In this document: positions 18,251 through 27,121 of the stretch, piece by piece
How positions within the stretch are numbered: position 1 is the stretch's first letter
How the letters are laid out: each line of letters starts with the position of its first letter
From: an uncultured Candidatus Entotheonella sp.
Lineage (GTDB): Bacteria > Tectomicrobia > Entotheonellia > Entotheonellales > Entotheonellaceae
Assembly: GCA_965217185.1 (NCBI GenBank)
Contig: OZ244252.1
Location: 3,328,001-3,392,000 of the forward strand
Direction: 5' to 3'
DNA: 64,000 nucleotides
Made by a program: the position numbers and the translations under genes
Notes under the pieces: generated by a model
Database searches by the model: none
What the model saw: the letters and a program-made list of their open reading frames with translations, nothing else
Told to the model about the DNA's origin: nothing

Positions 18251-19375
18251 ATGCGAATTGGCATGATGTGCCACGCCAGTTTCGGCGGCAGCGCCCGCAT
18301 TGGCATCGAATTGGCCATTGCTCTGGCCGGGCGTGGGCATCGGGTACACCTGTTTACCCGCACGACGCCACTGGTCGGCTGGGACCGGTCGAATGGGGTG
18401 GTGCTGCACACCCTGCTGCCGGACGCCGCCGACACCCGGCATCCGGCAACGCTGCATACCGACTGGTCGGACCGCGATCTGCAGCGTTACACCGAGAGCA
18501 TTTTGCAGGTCATCGCGGACGAGCACCTGGACGTGCTGCATTTCCACTATGCCGTGCCGTTCGCCTTTGTGGCGCAGAACGTGCGCCGCTGCCTGGGCGA
18601 CATGGCTCCCCGGCTGGTCGGCACGCTGCACGGCACCGACGTGACCCATTTTGGCAAGGACCCCGCAGTAGCGCCGAAACTGGCCGCCGCGCTGCGCTGC
18701 AACGACGTGCTGACCACCGTTTCCTTCAGCCACGCGAAATTGGCTGCTTCTGCGTTCAGCCTGTCTTCTCGCCCGCGCGTGGTCAGTAATTTCGTCGACC
18801 TGGCGCGCTTCAAGCCGTGCCCGCACGTATCCCCGCTCTCTAACCCGGCGCGACCGCTCCGTATCGTGCATGTCTCCAATTTCCGACCGATCAAGGACAC
18901 CCCAAGCGTGGCGCGCATTTTCCTGGGCATCCGTGAGCGTCTGGAAGCCGAGTTGTGGCTTGTGGGCAGCGGTGAGGACCTGCCCGCCGTACGAGAGCTG
19001 CTGGACCGCAGCGACTACGCGAGCGACGTGCGTTATCTGGGCCTGCAGCGCGACGTGGCGCCCTTCCTGCGCGGTGCCGACCTGCTACTCGTTACCAGCC
19101 TGTACGAAAGTTTCTGTATGGTGGCCCTGGAGGCCATGGCGTGCGGCGTGCCGGTGCTCGCCACGCGCGTGGGCGGGCTGCCGGAGGTGGTGATGCAGGG
19201 TCGCACCGGGCTACTTTTTCCGCTTGGCGACAACGCCGAGGCCGTGGATCTGGCCGTAGACCTGTTGACCGACCCGGCGCGGCACGAAGCCATGCGGCAG
19301 ACGGCCATCCGGCACGCCAGCGAGTTCGGGGTGGAGCAGGGTGTACGGGCCTACACGGCGCTTTACCAGCCATAA
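18251..19375 (+). CDS. bshA: BshA-like GT4 glycosyltransferase (divergent)
   Basis: MRIGMMC...GGS, LDVLHFHYAVP, TLHGTDVT..GKDP, HVSNFRPIK and ESFCMVALEAMACGVP. Confidence 0.8.
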   Translation: MRIGMMCHASFGGSARIGIELAIALAGRGHRVHLFTRTTPLVGWDRSNGVVLHTLLPDAADTRHPATLHTDWSDRDLQRYTESILQVIADEHLDVLHFHYAVPFAFVAQNVRRCLGDMAPRLVGTLHGTDVTHFGKDPAVAPKLAAALRCNDVLTTVSFSHAKLAASAFSLSSRPRVVSNFVDLARFKPCPHVSPLSNPARPLRIVHVSNFRPIKDTPSVARIFLGIRERLEAELWLVGSGEDLPAVRELLDRSDYASDVRYLGLQRDVAPFLRGADLLLVTSLYESFCMVALEAMACGVPVLATRVGGLPEVVMQGRTGLLFPLGDNAEAVDLAVDLLTDPARHEAMRQTAIRHASEFGVEQGVRAYTALYQP

Positions 19376-19382
19376 AGGGTGT

Positions 19383-19482
19383 CTTGAATCCCCCCTCTCC
19401 CTGCTTCCCCTCACCGGGGGACGGGAATTACTGCTTCCTCTCCTCTCGGAGGGAGGGGGTTGGGGTGAGGGGGAATCTCAAG
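19383..19482. repeat. REP/REPIN-like inverted repeat pair
   Basis: CTTGAATCCCCCCTC...GAGGGGGAATCTCAAG outer arms. The second half is the reverse complement of CCCCTCACCCCAACCCCCTCCC...GAGAGG, and the first half is a degenerate copy. Confidence 0.6.
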
Positions 19483-19552
19483 TGAGGCGTTACCCCGTCG
19501 GGAGATGTGGTGGCCAGGGGACAGGGCACAAATGAAAGAAAGGCGACGATCC

Positions 19553-20203
19553 ATGCCTCAGTTTGAGCAAACCGAGCGAACCCGAATACACCGCATGCCG
19601 AAGCGCGCTTCGTATGACGCCGCAGTTGTCGAGGCCATTTTGGCGGAAGGCTTGTATTGTCACGTCGGCTTCAGTGTGGACGGTCAGCCGTATGTCATCC
19701 CGACGATCTACGCTCGTATCGAGGATCATCTGTATCTTCACGGTTCTGCTGCGAGCCGGATGCTGGGCGCGATTGAGGGGATGATGCCGGTTTGCGTCAC
19801 GGTCACCCTGCTGGATGGTCTGGTGCTCGCGCGTTCGGGGTTTCACCATTCGATGAATTACCGCTCCGTCGTCGTTCTCGGCCAAGCGACGGAGGTCACC
19901 GACCCTGATGAAAAGATGGCCGCCCTCAAAGCGATTGTCGATCACGTCATGGTTGGACGATGGGAGGACGTCCGCGAACCGTCGACTCAGGAACTGAAGG
20001 CCACGAGCGTGATACGAGTGCCCTTGGAGGAGGTGTCGGCAAAAATTCGTACCGGTCCGCCAGTGGATGATGATGAGGATCATCAACTCAATTGCTGGGC
20101 GGGTGAGGTCCCGTTGCGCTTGGTGCCGGAACAGCCGGTAGCTGATCCGCAACTCCGGGCAGGCATTGCGCTTCCGGGATACGCGAAGAACTATAAACGT
20201 TAG
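19553..20203 (+). CDS. Pyridoxamine 5'-phosphate oxidase-like flavin-binding protein (NimA-like)
   Basis: CHVGF..DGQPYVIPT, LYLHGS, DGLVLARSGFHHSMNYRSVV, SAKIRTGPP and WAGEVP. Confidence 0.9.
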   Translation: MPQFEQTERTRIHRMPKRASYDAAVVEAILAEGLYCHVGFSVDGQPYVIPTIYARIEDHLYLHGSAASRMLGAIEGMMPVCVTVTLLDGLVLARSGFHHSMNYRSVVVLGQATEVTDPDEKMAALKAIVDHVMVGRWEDVREPSTQELKATSVIRVPLEEVSAKIRTGPPVDDDEDHQLNCWAGEVPLRLVPEQPVADPQLRAGIALPGYAKNYKR

Positions 20204-20212
20204 ACGAGTTGC

Positions 20213-20938
20213 TTAAGCCCGAGGAAAATCGTCCCGCGTGGGCAGCCCCGGCATGCTGCCGACGGCCATCGGTGTGGCGCTCAGAAAGGGCTCACCGTGG
20301 GCTGCGCCGATCATCCAGCCGAACCATATCGCCCGCGCTTCCAGGGCGCGCAGGAAGCCGGGCCGGCTCAGGGCCGTCGTGGCCGTCTTCTCGCCCGCCA
20401 TGAACTGGCTCTCGTAGGCCCGCACCGCGGCCATGCGGCGCTCCCACACGGACGACACATCCATAATGAACGATGGCGAAAAGGGCGTGTGCAGCAAGTA
20501 GTAGTACAGCAGCGGCGGTCGATACGGCTCACCGTCGCCGATTTTGCCGACGCCGGCGAAGAAGCAGGCTTCGCGCACCAGGTTGCTGGCCCGCGAGTGG
20601 TCGGGATGGCGGTCTTCCCAGTAGGGCGCCAGCACGATACGCGGGCGCGTTCGACGCACCACGTCAATGATCGGCATGCGATGGTCCGGGTGGGTGCCGA
20701 TGCCGCCGTCCGGCAATCCCAGGCAAAAACGGGCCGTCAGGCCGAGTAATTCCGTGGCCCGCTGGGTTTCCCGCTCTCGCTGCTCGAGAGTGCCGCGACT
20801 GGATGACTCCCCCGCCGTCAGGTCTGCCACCGCCACCCGCCAGCCCTTGTCCGCCGCCACAATCAGGCTGCCCCCGCAGCCGAGCTCGACGTCGTCCGGG
20901 TGGGGGGCGAACGCCAAGATATCCAACGTCTCTTTCAT
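20213..20938 (-). CDS. bshB1: BshB1-type N-acetylglucosaminyl deacetylase (PIG-L family)
   Basis: AFAPHPDDVELGCGG, DLTAGE.SSRGT...R, PYWEDRHPDH and AYESQF. Confidence 0.88.
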   Translation of the reverse strand: MKETLDILAFAPHPDDVELGCGGSLIVAADKGWRVAVADLTAGESSSRGTLEQRERETQRATELLGLTARFCLGLPDGGIGTHPDHRMPIIDVVRRTRPRIVLAPYWEDRHPDHSRASNLVREACFFAGVGKIGDGEPYRPPLLYYYLLHTPFSPSFIMDVSSVWERRMAAVRAYESQFMAGEKTATTALSRPGFLRALEARAIWFGWMIGAAHGEPFLSATPMAVGSMPGLPTRDDFPRA

Positions 20939-22089
20939 TCTTCTCCAGTACCTTCCATGAGATAACGGTACAGCAAGCCGCTGCCGACTCCGGTGCCGTC
21001 GAGCCGCGGCAGCAGGATGGGGACGCGGCGCTTGCCGAACACCTGTTGCAGCACCTCCGCCATTACCAAGCCGTAGTATGCCCCGGAACTGGCGCCGGCG
21101 ACGTAACCGCTCACCAGATCGTTCAGAAACAGGGTCAGCGACACGTCAGGACTCCAGTCGACAGCGTCGGCAATGGCGTCGATGGACAAGCGCCCGCTAC
21201 CCAGATGAAAGTGGTACGTCTCGCCGCATCTGCACCGCGCCGCGGCGAATTGATCGACGCCCTGCACGTCGCGGCGTAGGCGCAAACGGCGACGGCAGCC
21301 GCGGCACGACACGTGCAGCGGCAGGTAGTCGGGCGCCAGCGGCTTGACGTGCGGCTCGATGGCCTGCGTTTTCAAGGTTTCGGCGGCGGCGTTGAAGACG
21401 CGGATGGCGTCGTCGAGGCGGTTGATGAAATCGTTGACTGGCACCGTGAGCAGAGCGAGGAGCTCGGATACCCGAACGGAGCGCGGATTCGGCCCGACTT
21501 GGTTGTTCAGCAGGAAACAGCTTAACCGGTGATTCAGGTCACTGTGCGCGCCGGGTGGGTCTGGCAGGAGGACGGTCCGCAGCGCGTCCAGGCGCTCCCG
21601 GATGCGGGCGCGCATCACCTTTTTGCGCCCGGTGATGGATTGGCTGACGTAGACCTCAAGCTTGGCGAGTGCGTCCAGTACGGCGGCGGGCTCAACGGGG
21701 ATGGAGCGCAATTCACGCACGTCGTTGGCGGCGGGGCAAAGGCGCAGCGACACCTGTTTGCCGAATACCGTCCACAGCATCCGCAGCATAAGCGGGTCAC
21801 TACCGGCCAGGTCCGTGTCGATCCATAGGAAAAAGGGAAAGCAGGCCGGCCGTTGTTCAAGATCGCGCAACAAAGCCATGCGGTCCAGCATCGAGGGCGT
21901 GCAATCGGTGTAGATCTGCTGCAATGCGTAAACCGGCTTGCTTTGCGGAGTCGCAAAATAGTCCGTTAGCGCCCTTTGCTCGGGCGCCTGTAGCCGCGCC
22001 GCAAATTCCGCTTCGCAAACAAACATATCCCGCTCGGCCAGGAACGCCACGCCCTCGCCGCAGGCCATTAAATCCTTCAATTGTCGCAT
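20935..22089 (-). CDS. Hypothetical protein; divergent BshC-like ligase candidate with a CxxC...CxC zinc ribbon
   Basis: ATGA overlap with bshB1. VYALQQ, FPFFLWIDTD, WSPDVSL, YVAGASSGAYY and PILLPR occur in the order of BshC motifs. Confidence 0.55.
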   Translation of the reverse strand: MRQLKDLMACGEGVAFLAERDMFVCEAEFAARLQAPEQRALTDYFATPQSKPVYALQQIYTDCTPSMLDRMALLRDLEQRPACFPFFLWIDTDLAGSDPLMLRMLWTVFGKQVSLRLCPAANDVRELRSIPVEPAAVLDALAKLEVYVSQSITGRKKVMRARIRERLDALRTVLLPDPPGAHSDLNHRLSCFLLNNQVGPNPRSVRVSELLALLTVPVNDFINRLDDAIRVFNAAAETLKTQAIEPHVKPLAPDYLPLHVSCRGCRRRLRLRRDVQGVDQFAAARCRCGETYHFHLGSGRLSIDAIADAVDWSPDVSLTLFLNDLVSGYVAGASSGAYYGLVMAEVLQQVFGKRRVPILLPRLDGTGVGSGLLYRYLMEGTGEE

Positions 22090-22271
22090 GAGAGTCCGTC
22101 TATTTGTCTCGTGGGATGGAAATCGTTGCCATTAGCGAGGTAAACCCGACCGCCTCCGCGTCCTTCCTGTATAGCACAAACCACCCGACCTCCCAACCCC
22201 TGCCCCCACGGTGTCGAGGCGTTATAATGGCTGCGCTCTTATCCACATTCACTCCCTGCACAGGCAACACC

Positions 22272-24869
22272 GTGACCGAACACACCGCATCGACCCATAC
22301 TTCCGTTTCCCTTCCCCTGTCTTTGCGCGGCCTGCCGGTGGCGGCGCGCGCGCTGATGGTCGGGGCGCATCCGGACGACGAGGATAGCGCCCTGCTCGCC
22401 GAGTTGGCCCTGCGTCACGGCGTCCGTACCGCGTATTTGTCGCTCACCCGCGGCGAGGGCGGACAGAATTGCCTGGGGCCCGAATCCGGTGCTGCCCTCG
22501 GGGTGCTGCGCACTGGCGAATTACTGGCCTCCCGGCGTTACGACGGCGCCGAGCAGTTGTTCTCGCCATGTGTCGATTTCGGCTATGCCAAGCGCGCCGA
22601 GGACGCCTTTGCCCACTGGCCGCGCGAGCGTCTGGTGGGCAGCATCGTGCAGGCCATCCGGGCGTTGCAGCCTGACGTGGTGATCTCGGTGTGGACCGGC
22701 ACACCGATTGACGGGCACGGCCATCATCGGGCGTGCGGCGCCGCCACCCACGAGGCGTTCGAGTTGGCCAGCGATGCGGCGGCGTTCCCGGAGCAGGTCC
22801 AGGCCGGGCTGCCTCCCTGGCGGCCGAAGCGCCTCCTGGTGCGGGTGCGGGACGCCGCGCATCAAGTGGCGGACGACTTGCACGTCAACGTCGGGCGCTT
22901 CGATCCGCTCCTCGGGCGCTCGTGCTTTGAAGTCGCCATGCAGGGCCGCAGCCTGCACCGCTCGCAGAACATGGGCGCGTTGCCGCTGAAGGGCGCCCAG
23001 AACGTTGTCTACCGGGTGGCCGCGGGCGCGCCGGCGGTTGGTGGTCAGGATGCCAACCCGCTGGACGGCCTGCCGGTGCGGCTGGAGGCATGGGCGTCGG
23101 CGTTCCACAACGACCGTCCGGACGCCGTCCCGGCCATTGCCTCCGTCGTGCAGCGTCTGGACGCGGCTTGGGAGCAGTTTCACCCGCAGCGGCCTGAACG
23201 GACGGCTCCCATGCTTGTCGCAGCGCTTGGCGCGCTCAGGAAAATTATGCAGAAGCTCGACGGTGAGTCGCCGGCCATGCTCAGCCGCTTGCAGGAATGT
23301 CAGCGGCGCATCGAAGCAGCATGGCTGCAGGCCCATGGTCTTGCCCTCGAGGTGCTGGTGATGAAGCCCGACGTGGTTGTGGGTGGCACCGTGGACATCG
23401 AAGCGGAATTGTTCCTGCGCGGTAACAGCGACGTCACCTTGTCGTCTCTGCAAGCGCACGCGCAACCGGGTTGGCAGGCCGAGTGTCTCGACGGCCCGGT
23501 GCTCCCATTGAAAGTATGTAACGGCGGAAGTTTCACGGCGCGGTTCCGCCTCACCGCGCCGCAAGACGAGGCAACCGCCGTGTCGTCCACCCTGCCACCG
23601 TGGCTGCGCCTGCCGCCCGATGGCGACCTGTATCGCTTTGACCAGGCGTTGCCGTGCCTTGCGCCCAGCGCGTTGCCGCCGCTGCGGGTCCGCGCGACGC
23701 TGCGCGCCGGTGACCCTGAATCCAGTTCAGGACAGGCTCTGGATATCCCGCTGTCGGCGCCCGTTGCGTGGCGCGAGCTTGACCCCGCTCGTGGGGAGTT
23801 GCGCCATCCGCTGCGGGTTCGCCCGACCGTCAACGTCACCGTTTCGCCGAGCCTCATCGTCATGCCCGCATCCCGCGCCGCGGCGCCAACGGTGGGCGTG
23901 CAATTGCACGCCCACGCCGCTCGGCGGGGCCGACTCGTGCTGGGAGCCTTCGACGGCGACCGGTCGGAAACGCATGCCTCCGCCGCACTCAGCCTGCAAG
24001 CGGGTGAGCAACGCACCGTGCAGCAAATGCTTCCTATCGATTCCGGCGTATCCGGCAAACGGGTGTTTGGGGTCGAATGGCAGGATGAAACCGCCCCGAC
24101 GGTGGACACTAAGGCCGTCTCGCGGCTCAGGTCGTGGCAGGACGTACGTTATCCGCACGTCGAACCGGCGTATTGGCTGGCACCGGCCGAGGTGTGCGTC
24201 AGCATCGTTCCCGTCGAGGCGGCACCCGGCTTGCGGGTCGGCTACCTGCCGGGCACCGGTGACGGCGTTGTGGAGGCGCTGAACTCGCTTGGCGTCAGCG
24301 TCCAGACAATTGATGAGGACGATTTGCAGAACGGAAGTCTGGCGGGATTCGACACGATCGTGGTCGGCGTGCGGGCCCTCGAAACGCGCCCTTCTCTGGC
24401 TGCGCATCGCCGGCGGCTGTGGGACTACACGCGCGCCGGCGGCACGGTGGTGGTGCAATATCACAAGCCGCGCGATGACGGCCCAAGCCGCTTCGTGCCC
24501 TTCGACGGCGTCAGCCTACCGCGTCCGGCTCCAAGGGTGAGCCAAGCCGGCGCGCCAGTCAGCCTGCTGGCGGCGGACGATCCACTCCTGAGTTTTCCGA
24601 ATCGACTGGACACCGAGGATTTCGCCGGCTGGCAACAGGAGCGCGGCCTCTATTTCCTCGCCGAATGGCCGCCGCAGATGACACCTCTGCTCGAAAGCGC
24701 TGACCCCGACGAGCCGCCCCGGCGCGGCGGGCTGCTGCGCGCCCGGCTGGGCCGCGGCCACTACATCTACTGCGCCTATGCGTTGTTCCGCCAGCTTCCC
24801 GCCGGCGTCCCCGGCGCCTACCGATTACTGGCCAATCTGGTCAGCCTGCCGCGCGCGCCCGGCGCCTGA
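22272..24869 (+). CDS. Large multidomain PIG-L/LmbE-family protein with a C-terminal class I GATase-like domain
   Basis: GAHPDDED, LTRGEGGQN, DFGYAK, GHGHH and SLHRSQNMG; C-terminal VGYLPGTGD, FDTIVVGVRA and GWQQERGLYF. GTG start; no signal peptide seen. Confidence 0.85.
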   Translation: MTEHTASTHTSVSLPLSLRGLPVAARALMVGAHPDDEDSALLAELALRHGVRTAYLSLTRGEGGQNCLGPESGAALGVLRTGELLASRRYDGAEQLFSPCVDFGYAKRAEDAFAHWPRERLVGSIVQAIRALQPDVVISVWTGTPIDGHGHHRACGAATHEAFELASDAAAFPEQVQAGLPPWRPKRLLVRVRDAAHQVADDLHVNVGRFDPLLGRSCFEVAMQGRSLHRSQNMGALPLKGAQNVVYRVAAGAPAVGGQDANPLDGLPVRLEAWASAFHNDRPDAVPAIASVVQRLDAAWEQFHPQRPERTAPMLVAALGALRKIMQKLDGESPAMLSRLQECQRRIEAAWLQAHGLALEVLVMKPDVVVGGTVDIEAELFLRGNSDVTLSSLQAHAQPGWQAECLDGPVLPLKVCNGGSFTARFRLTAPQDEATAVSSTLPPWLRLPPDGDLYRFDQALPCLAPSALPPLRVRATLRAGDPESSSGQALDIPLSAPVAWRELDPARGELRHPLRVRPTVNVTVSPSLIVMPASRAAAPTVGVQLHAHAARRGRLVLGAFDGDRSETHASAALSLQAGEQRTVQQMLPIDSGVSGKRVFGVEWQDETAPTVDTKAVSRLRSWQDVRYPHVEPAYWLAPAEVCVSIVPVEAAPGLRVGYLPGTGDGVVEALNSLGVSVQTIDEDDLQNGSLAGFDTIVVGVRALETRPSLAAHRRRLWDYTRAGGTVVVQYHKPRDDGPSRFVPFDGVSLPRPAPRVSQAGAPVSLLAADDPLLSFPNRLDTEDFAGWQQERGLYFLAEWPPQMTPLLESADPDEPPRRGGLLRARLGRGHYIYCAYALFRQLPAGVPGAYRLLANLVSLPRAPGA
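23715..23738 (+). repeat. 24-bp palindromic element in frame inside the PIG-L gene (PESSSGQA)
   Basis: CCTGAATCCAGTTCAGGACAGGCT with hairpin CCTGAA/TTCAGG; matches the element at 27325-27348. Confidence 0.7.
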
Positions 24870-24876
24870 CGCGTCG

Positions 24877-26559
24877 TTACTCGTCCGTCACACACCCCTC
24901 TGAGGCGTTCTTGACGGTCTTGATGTACTTGTACAGCGTACCGCGCGTCGCCTTGTAAGGCGGCATCGTCCACTGCGCCCGCCGTTCCGCCAGCTCGTCG
25001 TCGGTGAGCGACACCTCGAGGCGGTTCTGCTTGGCGTCGATGGTGACGAGGTCGCCGTCCTGGATCAGACCGATCGGTCCGCCCTCTTGGGCTTCCGGCA
25101 CGATATGGCCGATGATGAAGCCGTGCGAGCCGCCGGAGAAACGTCCGTCGGTCAGCAGGGCCACGTCGCCGCCGAGCCCGGCGCCTATGAGCGCCGAGGT
25201 AGGCGTCAGCATTTCCGGCATGCCCGGCCCACCCTTGGGACCCTCGTAGCGGATCACCACCACGTCGCCTTTCTTGATCTCGTGCCGTTCGAGGGCGTGC
25301 AGCATGTCCTCCTCGGCGTCGAAGCACTTGGCCGGGCCGCTGAACACCAGGCCCTCCTTGCCGGTGATCTTGGCAACCGCGCCGCCGGGCGCCAGATTGC
25401 CCTTGAGGATGCGCAGGTGGCCGGTTTCCTTGATGGGCGATTCCAGCGGCTGGATAATCGGTTGCCCCTCCGTCAGGCCGGGCAGGTCGCGCAGGTTCTC
25501 GGCGACCGTCTTGCCCGTCACCGTCATGCAATCGCCCTTCAGCAGCTTTTGGTCCAGCAGGTACTTCATCACCGCCGGGGTGCCGCCGATGTTGTGCAGG
25601 TCTTCCATGACGTACTTGCCGCTCGGCTTCAGGTCCGCCAGGTAGGGAATGCGGTCGCTCATGTCCTGAAAGTCGTCGATGCTGAGCGGCACGTCCACGG
25701 CGCGGGCGATGGCGATGAGGTGCAGCACGGCGTTGGTGGAGCCGCCGAGGATCATGGCCATCACCATGGCGTTCTCGAACGCCTCGCGGGTCATGATGTC
25801 GCGCGGCTTGAGGTCCTTTTCCAGCAGAGCGCGGACGGCCTGCCCGGCCTGCAGGCATTCGGCGATCTTGGCGCGGTCGGTGGCGGGGTTCGAGGAACTG
25901 TAGGGCAGCGACATGCCCATGGCTTCGATGGCCGAGGCCATGGTGTTGGCGGTGTACATGCCGCCGCAGGCACCGGCGCCGGGGCAGGCGTGGCGCACGA
26001 TGTCCTGGCGCTCGTCGTCGGTGATGGTGCTGGCGATATACTCGCCGTAACTTTGGAAGGCGGAGACGATGTCGAGGGTCTTGCCGCCGCTGTGACCCGG
26101 ACGGATGGTGCCGCCGTAGACCATCAGCGCGGGCCGGTTGACGCGCCCCATGGCCATCATGACGCCCGGCATGTTCTTGTCGCAGCCGGGGATGGTGATG
26201 AGGCCGTCGTACCATTGGCCGCCCATGACGGTTTCCACCGAGTCGGCGATGAGGTCGCGCGACTGCAGCGAGAAGCACATGCCGCGGGTGCCCATGGACA
26301 TGCCGTCGGAGACGCCGATGGTGTTGAAGCGCATGGGCACCAGACCGGCGTTGGCGACACCTTCCTTAACCGTGGCGGCCAGATCGTTCAGGTGCATGTT
26401 GCAGGGGTTGCCTTCGTACCAGACGCTGGCGATGCCGACCTGGGCCTTGTGCATGTCTTGCTCGGTCATCCCGGTGGCGTACAACATGGCCTGCGACGCA
26501 CCCTGCGAGCGGGGCTGGGTGATGTTGGCGCTGATCCGGTTGAGTGGCTGTTCGCTCAT
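24877..26559 (-). CDS. ilvD: Dihydroxy-acid dehydratase
   Basis: [53 protein letters not shown] and TDGRFSGG. Confidence 0.97.
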   Translation of the reverse strand: MSEQPLNRISANITQPRSQGASQAMLYATGMTEQDMHKAQVGIASVWYEGNPCNMHLNDLAATVKEGVANAGLVPMRFNTIGVSDGMSMGTRGMCFSLQSRDLIADSVETVMGGQWYDGLITIPGCDKNMPGVMMAMGRVNRPALMVYGGTIRPGHSGGKTLDIVSAFQSYGEYIASTITDDERQDIVRHACPGAGACGGMYTANTMASAIEAMGMSLPYSSSNPATDRAKIAECLQAGQAVRALLEKDLKPRDIMTREAFENAMVMAMILGGSTNAVLHLIAIARAVDVPLSIDDFQDMSDRIPYLADLKPSGKYVMEDLHNIGGTPAVMKYLLDQKLLKGDCMTVTGKTVAENLRDLPGLTEGQPIIQPLESPIKETGHLRILKGNLAPGGAVAKITGKEGLVFSGPAKCFDAEEDMLHALERHEIKKGDVVVIRYEGPKGGPGMPEMLTPTSALIGAGLGGDVALLTDGRFSGGSHGFIIGHIVPEAQEGGPIGLIQDGDLVTIDAKQNRLEVSLTDDELAERRAQWTMPPYKATRGTLYKYIKTVKNASEGCVTDE

Positions 26560-26599
26560 GGCATCGCTCCCTTCGTTCGCGCTGCTTGTATCTGATACG

Positions 26600-26625
26600 C
26601 TCGACTCGACTCGACTCGCTCGCTC
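26600..26625. repeat. Short tandem repeat (CTCGA)3(CTCG)2CTC upstream of ilvD
   Basis: Directly visible in the sequence. Confidence 0.7.
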
Positions 26626-26672
26626 TGGCTGGCCTGCGTAGGGGTCGATGACGTGTGGAAAATGGAGGCGCC

Positions 26673-26701
26673 AGGGTACGGTATAGGTGGAGTAGAGTCA
26701 A
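26673..26701 (-). promoter_or_regulatory. Putative sigma70 promoter for ilvD
   Basis: Minus strand TTGACT, 17 bp, TACCCT. Confidence 0.5.
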
Positions 26702-26752
26702 CGCGGGGTGTGGGATGTCGTACGGGTCTGATGGCTTTCCGGCTTTGATTTA

Positions 26753-27005
26753 TCACGGCGTTGCGAAAAAGGTCTTCCACAGCAGGGCGAGCACGGTGGG
26801 GAGTAGCGATATATTGATGACGAGCAGCAGGTTCAGTTTGACGTTCAGCGCCTTGAGGTCACTCCACAGCGCCTCAAATGTTTGGTTCAACTCTGTTCGC
26901 AACGCTTCCACCTCCGAGCGCACACTGTTGATAACTGGCCTGTGCTTCCGGCTTGCCGCCATCAAGAAGATCGGTTTTGAGTTCCAGGATGTCGAGCAGA
27001 GGCAT
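26753..27005 (-). pseudogene. Frameshifted small coiled-coil membrane-anchored protein (DUF1640/CCDC90-like)
   Basis: GGAAGG RBS and MPLLDILELKTDLLDGGKPEAQA in one frame; coiled coil plus a C-terminal hydrophobic helix (VINSVRSEVEALRTEL...LLLVINISLLPTVLALLW) in another. Confidence 0.5.
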
Positions 27006-27121
27006 TGTGGGTTCCTTCCGCTACCCTACGGCGCCCTGGAGCATCTTCGCTAGGTAGTCGTTCGTCATCGCGTTCCCGGAACAGGATATGCTTTGCCGCG
27101 AACCTCTCCCTGTCCCATGTT

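Noticed and set aside
22104..22271. Extended N-termini from the ORF track for the PIG-L gene, and likewise for 16491, 33125, 40870, 43037, 58851 and 14746
   Set aside because: The extensions overlap neighbouring genes, tRNAs or promoter regions and lack homology; downstream starts fit better.
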